Of a stretch of DNA of 64,000 bases, positions 33,268 through 44,802 are shown piece by piece. The position numbers were made by a program, and so were the translations under genes. The stretch comes from Alloascoidea hylecoeti (lineage: Eukaryota), in NCBI GenBank assembly GCA_001600815.1, contig BCKZ01000004.1:806001-870000 (forward strand), in the 5' to 3' direction. Below the pieces are notes generated by a model. The model made no database searches. It was not told where the DNA came from and saw nothing but the letters and a program-made list of their open reading frames with translations. Position 1 is the stretch's first letter. Each line of letters begins with the position of its first letter.

Positions 33268-36200
33268 TTAATCAGACTTTGGTTTTTCACGATAAAAAAG
33301 TGATCGAAAACGTCTAAAGATTCCTCTTAAAAGAAAATTATAAAACCAAGAAAATACAAATAATTTCCTTGGACTAACAGATTCTGAAATTGAGTCTGTA
33401 TCTGAATCTCTTTCAGCAACAGCTTTAGACTTACCTTTATCTTTCTTTATTAGTGGTTCGGAGGTTTCTGTAGTAGAAGGATTAGTTACAACAGCTGCTG
33501 AAGTAGTTGCTTCAACAATAGTTTCAGTAGGTTCCAAAGCAGATTGTACATCAGCTTCTTTTGATACTTTATCAGAATCAACTGCCAAAGTTCTTGTACT
33601 AGTCTCCGTTTCTTGTGGTTCGATATTTGGCCTTTGTTTTGCTTCTTCAGCTTTTAAAGCAGCTTCTTTCTCTAACTTTTCTTTTTCAAGTCTTTCTGTT
33701 TCTGCTTTTTCTGCAGCAACTCTTTCAGCTTCAGCTTTAGCAGCGACTTCCTTTTCTAGTTTTTCTTTTTCAATTCGTTCAGCTTCAGCTTTCTCGGCGG
33801 CAATTCTTTCTGCTTCGACCTTTTCAGCTGCTTCCTTCTCTAATCTTTCAGCTTCTGCTTTCTCGGCTGCAATTCTCTCTACCTCAGCTTTAGCAGCAGC
33901 TTCAGCAGCTGATCTTTCCTTTTCGATTCGTTCAGCTTCTGCCTTTTCAGCAGCTAGTCTTTCCTTTTCAAGTCTTTCAGCTTCTGCCTTTTCAGCAGCA
34001 ATTCTCTCAGCTTCTGCCTTAGCAGCGGCTTCAGCAGCTAATCTTTCTTTTTCCAGTCTTTCAGCCTCAGCTTTTTCGGCGGCGATTCTCTCAGCTTCTG
34101 CTTTCTCAGCAGCTAGTCTTTCCTTCTCAAGTCTTTCAGCTTCNNNNNNNNNNNNNNNNNNNNNNNNNNNNNNNNNNNNNNNNNNNNNNNNNNNNNNNNN
34201 NNNNNNNNNNNNNNNNNNNNNNNNNNNNNNNNNNNNNNNNNNNNNNNNNNNNNNNNNNNNNNNNNNNNNNNNNNNNNNNNNNNNNNNNNNNNNNNNNNNN
34301 NNNNNNNNNNNNNNNNNNNNNNNNNNNNNNNNNNNNNNNNNNNNNNNNNNNNNNNNNNNNNNNNNNNNNNNNNNNNNNNNNNNNNNNNNNNNNNNNNNNN
34401 NNNNNNNNNNNNNNNNNNNNNNNNNNNNNNNNNNNNNNNNNNNNNNNNNNNNNNNNNNNNNNNNNNNNNNNNNNNNNNNNNNNNNNNNNNNNNNNNNNNN
34501 NNNNNNNNNNNNNNNNNNNNNNNNNNNNNNNNNNNNNNNNNNNNNNNNNNNNNNNNNNNNNNNNNNNNNNNNNNNNNNNNNNNNNNNNNNNNNNNNNNNN
34601 NNNNNNNNNNNNNNNNNNNNNNNNNNNNNNNNNNNNNNNNNNNNNNNNNNNNNNNNNNNNNNNNNNNNNNNNNNNNNNNNNNNNNNNNNNNNNNNNTTTC
34701 TAACCTCTCAGCTTCTGCTTTCTCGGCTGCAATTCTCTCAGCTTCTGCCTTTTCTGCAGCAATTCTTTCCTTTTCCAGTCTTTCAGCTTCTGCCTTTTCA
34801 GCAGCAACTCTCTCGGCTTCAGCTTTAGCGGCCTCAGCAGCTAGTCTTTCCTTTTCTACTCTTTCAGCTTCTGCTTTCTCTGCAGCAATTCTCTCAGCTT
34901 CTGCTTTGGCAGCAGCTAGTCTTTCTTTTTCTAACCTCTCAGCTTCAGCTTTCTCTGCAGCTAGTCTTGCCTTTTCAGCAGCAATTCTCTCGGCTTCAGC
35001 TTTAGCGGCGGCTTCAGCAGCTAGCCTTTCCTTCTCTAATCTTTCTTTTTCTTTCCTTTCAGCTTCAGCTTTTTCAGCAGCGATTCTCTCAGCTTCAGCT
35101 TTAGCGGCAATCCGTTCTGCCTCTGCCTTTTCAGCAGCAATTCTCTCTGCCTCGGCTATAGCAGCTAGACGTTCCTTTTCTAATCGTTCTGCCTCGGCTT
35201 TCTCTGCAGCAATTCTTTCTTGTTCTTTCTTTTCAGCTGCTAGTCGCTCTTTTTCTAATCTTTCAGCTTCAGCTTTAGCAGCTGCTTCGGCTTCTAGTCG
35301 TTGCTTTTCTAGTCGTTCTGCTTCAAGACGCTCTTTTTCAAGTCGTTCCAATCTTTCCTTCTCTAATTTTTCAGCTTCTATTCGTTCTTGTTCTTTTTTA
35401 GCTTCCTCTTCAGCAAGTTGTTTAACCTTTGCTTCTGCAACACGTTTTGCTATTTCAGCTCTTTTTGCAGCTAATTTTTCTTTTTCTTCTTCTTGTGATT
35501 TCTAGTATAACGGTCAGTTAGTATTGATTTAGATCGGACTTAGCTTTATTTGGCAAATCATTTTTGGTTTCGTAATTATAATATCATGCATTAAAACACA
35601 AAAACAATTCAATAGATTCGAATTCAAGATTTGAATATTTTTCGATTCAACTGAAAAATTGGAAACAAAATAATTTTAATGTATGATCCATCGAAATTAA
35701 CCAATCCAACATCTTTAATATTGAATTATAGATGTGCTATTGCATAATATTTATGTAAAAATGGGGTGTATAAATATAAAAAACATACCACAGCAACAAC
35801 GGGAGTAGAATCTTGCAATTTTTTTTCAATAATTGGAGCATTGAGAGATTCCTATAAATAAAGGAAAAATTTATTTATTTTCATATGGTCAATATATGCT
35901 TAAATTTAAAATATAAACTTGATTCTTTTCTTTTTTGGGGGAGGTGCGAGGGTTAGAACAGAAGGGCCGCATATATAATAATGATGGTTGAAATTTAAAA
36001 AAAAATAACGTCATAAATAAAAAATAAATAACAAAAAAATTATGCATTTTTAAAAAAGGGGGTGATAAACTTTGATTTTTGATCTGAATCATATCCGAAT
36101 CAGAAACCCAAAACAAACTTAATGAAAATTTTCAGACATTTTTTTAGTCAAAAAAAAGTAAAAAAAGTGGAACAAAAATCAAATGAAAAGTAGAAAAAAT

Positions 36201-37386
36201 AGCACCTTCTGTTACCAATAACCTATAGCTATAGCTAAAGCTACCCTTCAATTAAAAAGATGTTTCAATCTACTTACAGCTGACAATCTTCTTGGAGCTC
36301 CATTAGATTCGGTAGTAGCAGGAGTAATCTTTGGCAATTGAGTCAGAATTTCATTCCCATTGATATAACTTGCATCTCGACTTCTTATTGGGCTTAAAGG
36401 TACCTCAAATACCTTACGAAAACTTACAGTTCCATCGTCTTCATTTTCATTTAACTTTGCAACGTCTTCAAAATCGTCAGAAACGTGTGGAAGAGTCGAT
36501 TTTGGCTCCTCGGCTAATAATAAAAGGGGTTAGTTAAAGATCTAACATATATAATAGTAAATAATTTCTTAAAACTATAATGTAACAGAACCAATTGGTT
36601 TTAACTGTTGCACCTGACAATAAGATGAGCAAAGAATTGTTCAAGACAATATGGATCATAACGCCATGATCGGGAATGGTGGAATCAACAGAAAAGTGAG
36701 ACCTTGCAGAAAACATACCTTTTACAGAGACCAGAGTAGGAGCAATAGTAGTAGATTGAGGCATCGGTACAGTAATTGAGTGGTTTTGGAGTCCGTTATT
36801 ATCAGTAACTAGGGAGTTAAAAAAAAAAGTTAGGGATTTTGGGAATAGAATAGAAAAAAAAGGGAGGAAGCTAAAAAAACTAGAGAATGTATATTTTATG
36901 TGTGTGCGTTACCAGGGGCACGTCATCCATTTTTTTTTCTGATTAATCACAGGAAGATCGACCAGTCAGCACCGACCCAGCAAAGAACCAAGATTAATGC
37001 TCGGCACACACTGGTCAGATATTAAAATGCCAGCAAATCAATCCAACCTTCTTGTGGTTACAACTATGGCCATGGCATACCAAATCTCTTGTTTGAGGAT
37101 GAGGTTTTGTTAAATAATGTAAAGTAAACTTACCAATAGGATGTTCACCGTCATCAGAGGAAAGGACCCATTTTCCATTGACAATGAACTTGTAGCTATA
37201 TGTTTTTCCACCAGATAGCTTGACTGAGCCTGAGAAAAGGCCTCTCTCTGAGGCATCTTCTTTCAATTGAATAGGAGTCCAGTTGGAAAAGTCGCCTGCA
37301 AGCTGGACCAAATAGTCAGAGTTTGAGTCATCGGGGGTTCTATAGCTAAAAGGGGTGTCAACCAAAACGGGAGTATTTGCAGACAT
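33268..37386 (-). CDS. Six-exon gene: N-terminal CBM48/AMPK-beta-type glycogen-binding domain, long E/K/R/A helical repeat, hydrophobic/amphipathic C-terminus. Exons 37134..37386, 36719..36808, 36428..36513, 36278..36328, 35789..35851, 33268..35501 (contains N gap)
   Basis: [10 protein letters not shown]...[11 protein letters not shown]...|[10 protein letters not shown]. All five introns have GTAAGT or GTATGT donors and TAG/AAG acceptors with matching phases. Both sides of the gap translate to the same repeat. Confidence 0.75.
33640..35460 (-). repeat. Coding tandem repeat (AAEKAEAER(L/I), EKERLAA units)
   Basis: Dozens of near-identical ~10-aa units on both sides of the gap. Confidence 0.9.
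34144..34695. other. Assembly gap (552 N) within the coding repeat
   Basis: Run of N. The flanking frames are offset, so the gap length is an estimate. Confidence 0.99.
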
Positions 37387-37458
37387 GGCTGGGGCAATTG
37401 AGGAAGAAGAAAAAAAGAGTAACAAATTTGAAGAAACAAAGAGAGATCATAGTTTATC

Positions 37459-38943
37459 ATGCATGTAACCGGATCTGGAAAGATGCTGATACACCCGTGC
37501 ACTCTTTTGGGATCTAGTCGAACGCGTCTCCCCAATTCTAAATTTATAATATTAATAAACCCCCCAAACCACCCAAATCTTCTAATGCTGCCCGAATCAC
37601 GACCCGAAACTCGACCTCGGCTAAGACTCCGGCCCAGGCGACGTGTTCCGAAATCTGATACTCCCGATAAAGAAGAGGCGCCAATTGGCACATCCACACC
37701 AATTCATCGCTTCAAATACTCCAAGTCACTCAATCCAAACTTACCAAACGATTTATCTTCCATTGCCGAATCTTCTGTCCGCGATTTGACTCCTCAGTTG
37801 CATAAACTGGTCGAGTCAGAACATAAATACGAACCTGCAAACATTAATTCCGATGATTCAGTGGGCGATTTCTCACGAAACGAATACATGGTCGTTGATA
37901 TCCCATCAGACGTAAATATTGATGATGAATCTGAGCCTGTTTCTTCTGCTGCCGCAAGAAAAACACATCAAAGTTTGCTTCAAATAAATGAGAGTTTTCC
38001 TTTGAAATCTTTAAATGTTAATAACAATGACAATAAAAACAGTATTGATAATAATAACAATGACGATAGCATCAGTAACAACAACAAGGATAATGAATTA
38101 TCATCGAATTCTGATGATGATCCCTTTGGCTTTTCAAAATTAAAAACTACAAAAACAACAACTCTCGGAATTAAAAAATTTACCAGAAAAACTCAAAAAC
38201 TTCGAAATTTAAATATAAAGAGATCTGAAACAACCCAACAAAAATATGAAGAAATGTTGAAATCAACTCAGTTAATCGGAAATGCCAGTAATAATAATAG
38301 TAATAATAATAATGATGATGATGACAGCGATTCAAGTTTATATCAAGTTAGTCTACAACAAAACAAACTAACCCCAGATAAATTTACTTTTGAGATAAAT
38401 GAAATTGAAACACAAGCACAAGCGCCTACTCCTGAAAAAACTCCAAATGATGAACCATTACGTTCAATAGATGGTAATAAATTAAATGTGACTAATAATA
38501 TAAGAAGATCTACTCGTATAAAAGATAGAATGAAAATTGATAAATCTAAACCTGTTAAAATAGTAAAAGAAACAAAACAGAAGAAAAGAATAAACTCCAA
38601 AAAGAACTATAATCTCAATCATATTCATAATAATAACGATCAAAAATTAGATATATTTGATTTGGACATATCTAGTAATTCAGATTCATTACCTCAGCCG
38701 AAATCAAAATCAAAATTAAAATCGTCTAAATCAAAAAAATTAAAGACTACAAAAAGAAAATCAAAGTCAAATACAAATGCAAATAAAATAAAGATATACA
38801 ACGATGGAAATGATATAAATAATATAAAACAAATAAAAATTGATAATAGGCAGATAGATTCAACGCTCTTAAAGTCTGGTTTGGATTTGCAAGCAATTGA
38901 TGGTTGGAAATTAGATGAAGAAGTTGTTACTACTAGTGATTGA
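37459..38943 (+). CDS. Low-complexity basic protein with an FGF motif and Sororin-like C-terminus (start may be the ATG at 37585)
   Basis: DDDPFGF at 38113-38133, Lys-rich tract, terminal LQAIDGWKLDEEVV. Confidence 0.6.
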   Translation: MHVTGSGKMLIHPCTLLGSSRTRLPNSKFIILINPPNHPNLLMLPESRPETRPRLRLRPRRRVPKSDTPDKEEAPIGTSTPIHRFKYSKSLNPNLPNDLSSIAESSVRDLTPQLHKLVESEHKYEPANINSDDSVGDFSRNEYMVVDIPSDVNIDDESEPVSSAAARKTHQSLLQINESFPLKSLNVNNNDNKNSIDNNNNDDSISNNNKDNELSSNSDDDPFGFSKLKTTKTTTLGIKKFTRKTQKLRNLNIKRSETTQQKYEEMLKSTQLIGNASNNNSNNNNDDDDSDSSLYQVSLQQNKLTPDKFTFEINEIETQAQAPTPEKTPNDEPLRSIDGNKLNVTNNIRRSTRIKDRMKIDKSKPVKIVKETKQKKRINSKKNYNLNHIHNNNDQKLDIFDLDISSNSDSLPQPKSKSKLKSSKSKKLKTTKRKSKSNTNANKIKIYNDGNDINNIKQIKIDNRQIDSTLLKSGLDLQAIDGWKLDEEVVTTSD

Positions 38944-40024
38944 TTTATTATTTTTTATCTTTTATTTATCATATTTATCATTTTTATTTTACTTCTTCTA
39001 CGTACCCTTTTTTTTGATATATTTGGGTCTAGATATAACTTATATTATTATTGAAATTATTATTTTATATTGGGTGTATAACTGATTTTAAATTTAAAAT
39101 ATATTTAATTATTATTTCAATAAATCAATTGTAAAACCTTAATTATGGAATTGGGTAACATTGTTGTCGTATGTATAATAATACATATGCTTGGTCATCG
39201 CGATGGATGGTATGAGTTGCCCTTGGTTCATCTGTCCAAATGATAACAAGAATATTTGATCCACCTCTCTCCATCGGTAACATCTGTTATCATAAATAAG
39301 AATTGTAACGATCATTTCCTTCACTTCATTTGTGGGACCTGAAGCTTCGTCAATTAATGTTATACCATATTACGAAATCCCTATAACCCTGCTTGTTTCG
39401 GTGATATGTGTGCAAATTTTACTATGGTTTAGAAGCCGTACATACTAGTATACTACTCTTCCTTTCGTCTATAAAGTTGTGGCCAGCTTACTTATTGTTT
39501 CGTTACTAGTACTATAATATCTGCTGTGAGTCTTGTGACCAAGGAGGACTGTGATATAGCTCTATCAGAGTATAGTATCAGACTAGTTCATAGCTATACA
39601 ACCAAAGCTTAAAGGTAACTATAAGATTAATACCATCTGATTCTAGATTTAATTCAGACTCTAATTGTGTATCTTTTCTAAAATGGATATAATTAGGTAT
39701 GTTAGGATATTGAACAGTTTTCCTGCTCTTTTATTGGAAGAAGTATTCGGTGCATTGCACACTAGCACAATGTGAGATTAGTACTCCGGCCTAGAGATGG
39801 GAATGTGTGGGATTTCCTTTAGGTTAACTACGCCAGTTGTTTGAGCCACCATTTGTTTGATACTTTTAAGACAGAAATACGCATTAATTTTATGCACCTA
39901 TGTTTCCGGGCCAACATTTGGACATTCAATTTCACCTCGTGCCAAAAAATACTAGACATCCGCCGAATAGTTCCTCTAATAGACACCCAATTCGGAATAC
40001 TATTGCTGCTTCAAAAGAGGAGAG

Positions 40025-40032
40025 TTACCCGG
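40025..40032 (+). promoter_or_regulatory. Reb1-type site TTACCCGG upstream of KEX2
   Basis: Exact consensus ~400 bp upstream of the ATG. Confidence 0.45.
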
Positions 40033-40428
40033 CTACTGTACTGTAGTAAGCAACAATCCTGTAAATTATCGCCAACACTAAAAGCACAGCTCACCTGCTA
40101 CTCTCCCTCCCACAGTATAAACAGGTCTAAATACTGTCCAGGTAGTTCTTAATTTCTCTACCTTACTGCCGAGGGCCTATAACTATTCACTCTCTAAATT
40201 TCCTATATTCTGGTTTTCTACTATATTTTCATAGTTCTCCGATATTTCCAACAAACATAAAAATAGAACCGTTAATTAAGGACACTTTTGAATTATTTTC
40301 ACTCCCATCTTTATCGCAGTTTCAACTTGTTTAAACCCTTTAAATATTTATATTAAAGGAGATATATGTATATGCGTTAAAACCTGCTAAATTTTTTTTC
40401 ATTGTTATTATTATCCATTATTTGAAAA

Positions 40429-43039
40429 ATGAAATTCAATTGCTCATTATCATCTCTTTATCTACTACTAATATCAGCATTTTTATCTTCATCATTTGCT
40501 TTATTAAATGAACCACAAATAGATCCTTCACAATATGGTTATAATGTTCCAGTACGAGATTACGCCTCAAGAACTTATTTCAGCATTGAATTAGATGATA
40601 CTATAACATCATTAGAAACGTTTTCAAATTTATACCCAGATTGGAGATATGAACATCCAGTAGGTAGTTTAAAACATCATTATTTGTTTTCTACTGAAGC
40701 TTCACATTTTGCTAAAAGAGGATTAAATGATAAATCATCCAGAACAATGTATCTGTTACGCAGAAGAACTAATATACAAAACGATGGATTAATATCACTT
40801 CGTATTCATGAACCAAAAAGGTTAATAAAACGAAAACCTGTTCCTATCTCCTTGGAAGATTTATCTTCAAGGGCAGATAGACCTATTGATTCATCCTTGG
40901 TACCAGTCTATGATGCCAAAAAGAAATTCGGTATTGATGACCCATTATTTGAAAAACAATGGCATTTGATTAATCCATCATTTCCAGGTAATGATATTAA
41001 TGTCACCTGGGCTTGGAGTCAGGGTTTCACAGGTCAAAACACCACTACAGCAATTGTTGATGATGGTTTAGACATGCACAATAATGATTTAAAGGATAAT
41101 TATGTATGTTTGTTTGTCTTTTTGCTGAAATTTATATTGTTACTAACCATCTTTATTTTAGTGCAAAGAAGGTTCTTGGGACTTTAATGATAATAATCCA
41201 GAACCTAGTCCTAAACTTTCAGATGACCATCATGGAACTCGTTGTGCTGGTGAGGTTGCTGCTGTCAAAAACGAACAGTGTGGTGTTGGTGTCGCTTTCG
41301 ACTCAAAAGTATCAGGTATCAGAATTTTATCTGGTGAAATAACTGATGTTGATGAAGCTGCTTCTCTCAATTATGCCATGGATGTCAATGATATTTATTC
41401 ATGTTCTTGGGGTCCTCCAGATGATGGTAAATCCATGGAAGCTCCCGATCTAGTTGTTGAAAAAGCACTTGTTAACGGTGTTTTAAATGGTAGAAATGGT
41501 AAAGGAAGTATATTTGTCTTTGCAAGTGGAAATGGTGCAGCGTATGGAGATAGTTGTAATTTTGATGGTTATACAAATTCAATTTATTCAGTTACAGTAT
41601 CAGCATTGGATCATAAAGGTTTACATCCAGTTTATGCAGAAGCTTGTAGTGCCGTCATGATTTCAACTTTTTCAAGTGGTAGTGGGAAATGGGTTTATTC
41701 AACTGATGCTGGAAAAGATAAATGTACAGATCATCATGGAGGAACTTCTGCTGCTGCTCCGATTGTTGCTGGTATTTATTCTTTAGTACTCGGTGCTCGT
41801 CCTGATCTAACATGGAGAGATATTCAATATTTGACTATAGCTACTGCTGTCGAAGTTAATTCTGAAGATGGTAGTTGGCAAGACACAAAAATGAAGAGGC
41901 GTTATTCACCCAGATATGGGTTTGGTAAGATTGATGCAAGCGCTATTGTAGAAGCTGCTTTAAGTTGGGAGAAAGTTAAACCACAAGGATGGTACTTTAC
42001 AGATGTATTAAAGGAAGAACTAAAAATTGGAAAAGATACATCCGTTGAAAGTACAATTTCAGTTTCTAAGAAAGATTTGGAAGCAAACAATCTCGAAAAA
42101 GTTGAACATATAACGGTAACAGTTAATATAAACACACCACTTAGAGGTGACATATCAGTAGAAATAAAAAGTCCGTCTGGTATTAAGTCCTCTCTAGCAG
42201 TATATAGAGACTCCGATAAGAATACAGATGGATTTCAAAACTGGAGATTCATGAGTATCGCATTTTGGGGAGAAGAAGGTGATGGAGATTGGGTCTTGAC
42301 TGTTAGTAATAGGAACAAGAACCATGAAGCCGAATTGGTTGATTGGAGATTAAATATATTCGGAGTTGTTGAAGATGCATCGAAAGCGAAAATCTTTTCT
42401 CTCGATTCAAACAACTCAACTACCTCTGCTGAATCTGATTCCAGTTCTACTATTGATTCAAGCACACAATCAAGTATTCCATCTGTGACATCAATTAATA
42501 ATAATTCAACACTGGCTTCACCGACTTCAACAACTGGTTCATACGATTCAGATAAAGGTACTTCAGAAGATTCAAATTCAGATTCAAATTCAAATTCTAG
42601 TACAGGCCAAGGTTTATTTCATTTACAGATGTCATATGGAACAATTTTATTTATTGTAATAATAGTTGGGTTTTTCGGCATGATGATGTATTTTTGTGGT
42701 GTTGATAGAGCCGCGAAGCGCCGTCGGGCTGCGAGACCAAGAGAATCATATGAATTTGAAATCATACGCCCAGACGATGAATCCTCTTCCGATTCAGAAT
42801 ACTCTATTTCAGACGATGAACAAGGATATGCAACAGGTGAACACCAAGGTATATTACATCAAGAATCTGGCACATATCAACAAGTTGGCCAAAATACTGG
42901 TGATTACGATTTAGAAGCTCAAGATGCTTCTATTACAAAACCTCAAGCTCCAGATTCCACAAAACCAAAACGATCGGAGACTAATAAACCTGAAGAACAA
43001 AGAGAATTGTTTCATGTAGGAAGTGATGATGAAGATTAA
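40429..43039 (+). CDS. KEX2: Kexin subtilisin-like proprotein convertase; exons 40429..41103 and 41162..43039
   Basis: Signal peptide and prodomain ending KR; AIVDDGLD, HGTRCAGE and HGGTSAAAP triad; P-domain, S/T-rich stalk, TM, YEF tail. Intron 41104..41161 (GTATGT...TACTAAC...TAG). Confidence 0.96.
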
Positions 43040-43212
43040 AGGATCAAAAGACTAGAAATATTTTTTCCAATAAAATTGTGTATTACCTAGAAGAATTTAA
43101 ATGTTTTTGCAGTTGGATTTAATTATTGATATTTTTATTGAATATTTACAAAGAAGATTTTATAGGTTATTATAGATACATAAATTTAAACCTATGTGGG
43201 AACCACTGATAC

Positions 43213-44652
43213 CTAGTTGGTTGCCAGTGCTCCACAAGGGTCCCAAGGAGGTAATACAATTGGCTCCCCTTCCAAATATTGTTTTAATCCGAATTTCTCC
43301 AATTCACTTTTTTCAACAACAACTTGGTAAACATATTCTTTGAAGAAGTCATGTGTCATTGTAAAGTAACCTTTCTTACCAACATCTTTTCCCCAAGAAT
43401 TTTCAACTCTCCATTTGATAGGTTTACCATCTTCTAAGTGAACTCCTGTAAAGAGCATAGCATGTGTCATTAATGACTGACGATAGCGAAGTCTATCTGC
43501 TTTTGATTGAGAAGTATGATAATTAATCAGATCATACTGCCAAAGTTTGTTATCAATTATACCAGTTTTTTTATCGTGAAATATTGGGGTATGGGTTCCA
43601 AAGAAAACAGGTTTGTTATTTAAGATTCTATCAATTGCCATGTTTGTCAAGGTATCACATTCAACATTTAAATATTCTACTGGGGCTCCGCCAACAACAT
43701 TACCAAGTTTATCGATATTTATTTTCCTATTGTAATCATTTCTTGGATCATTAAGAAGTGAAACTGTCTCTGAACAATTGAAATTAACAACATCCTTATA
43801 GAATTTTGTTGGTGTTGTAAGTAATGAATGATATTTTTTATCTTTATCCTTATATTCCCATTTAAACTCATCGTTTGGACCGGGAGGTGTACCCATAAAT
43901 AAGATCAATAATCTATGAATTTCTTGTTGTTGTTCAATCTTTGCTTTTGCAACTTCATCCCATTGTTCTTTTGAAACTAAATCTCGTAGAATCATAGCAT
44001 ATTCTCTCAATTTAGTTGTTACCATCTCATTCATTTGTCTTGATGCTGTTGTATTATAGCTATCTGGAAAAATTGTATCCGGAACAATACCATATTTTTC
44101 AACAAGATTCGAAAACATGGCGAATTGACCACCATCACCAATAGGATCTAACAATAAATGCTGGACCAATCTAGAGTCTACAGATTCAGATTCCGAAGCT
44201 ATTATTTGTTCCAAAAACCAGTTAGATTTTTCCAATTTATCGTAAAAGAACAGAAAAGATGGTGATAGTTGGAAATGCTTAATCTTATATTTTTCCATGA
44301 TTGCCGGTCTCATAAGATTTGTTCCGGCAAATAACCAACATCTACCACTTGCTTTTTGGTTAGTGATTGGTGATCCCTCGGTGGATATTACGTTTGAAAA
44401 TATATCTAAATTGTCATTAATATAACGATCCCGGTTGATAAGTACATCATGAGCATTATGAGTTCGAAGAGCAGCAGCAGCTAATTGAGTGACGGGATCC
44501 GACTTCAAGGCCGTCTGCCACTGGGAAATCTTGGATGGTGATATAGAAGCTACCGAGACAAGAGATGAAGGTGCCTTTGAGTGTTTAAACCTGAGATTTA
44601 CAGTTTTGAGTCTTGGCCAAAGGGCCTGTTTAACTGGGTTAGTTCTAAGCAT
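43213..44652 (-). CDS. LAP3: Bleomycin hydrolase / cysteine aminopeptidase (C1B) with N-terminal presequence
   Basis: NQKASGRCWLFA, MTHAM, WRVENSWG, PWDPCGALA. First ATG is at 44652 (the ORF-track start is a TTG). Confidence 0.94.
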   Translation of the reverse strand: MLRTNPVKQALWPRLKTVNLRFKHSKAPSSLVSVASISPSKISQWQTALKSDPVTQLAAAALRTHNAHDVLINRDRYINDNLDIFSNVISTEGSPITNQKASGRCWLFAGTNLMRPAIMEKYKIKHFQLSPSFLFFYDKLEKSNWFLEQIIASESESVDSRLVQHLLLDPIGDGGQFAMFSNLVEKYGIVPDTIFPDSYNTTASRQMNEMVTTKLREYAMILRDLVSKEQWDEVAKAKIEQQQEIHRLLILFMGTPPGPNDEFKWEYKDKDKKYHSLLTTPTKFYKDVVNFNCSETVSLLNDPRNDYNRKINIDKLGNVVGGAPVEYLNVECDTLTNMAIDRILNNKPVFFGTHTPIFHDKKTGIIDNKLWQYDLINYHTSQSKADRLRYRQSLMTHAMLFTGVHLEDGKPIKWRVENSWGKDVGKKGYFTMTHDFFKEYVYQVVVEKSELEKFGLKQYLEGEPIVLPPWDPCGALATN

Positions 44653-44802
44653 AAAGGACACGAATTTCTGACACACACAGTTTAGAATTTTGGAGGTTAA
44701 AAATATAAATTTAAACAAAAATAAATTTCATTTATTTGCACATTGTAAGCTAATTTTTAGTAGACATTAATTAGCTGTAGACTATTTTGAAACATATTCA
44801 TT

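Noticed and set aside
34113..35351. Apparent frameshift/stop after the N run, suggesting a pseudogene
   Set aside because: Artefact of the estimated gap length. The sequence left of the gap is open in another frame through to the stop at 33268.
34906..35505. 199-aa Ala/Ser-rich plus-strand ORF, and similar antisense ORFs at 47630-47995 and 30247-30756
   Set aside because: Antisense shadows of coding repeats.
39139..40152. Short ORFs between the Sororin-like gene and KEX2, and those at 6443-9064 and 13520-13717
   Set aside because: Mostly non-ATG starts or AT-rich low-information translations with no recognisable motif or splice support.
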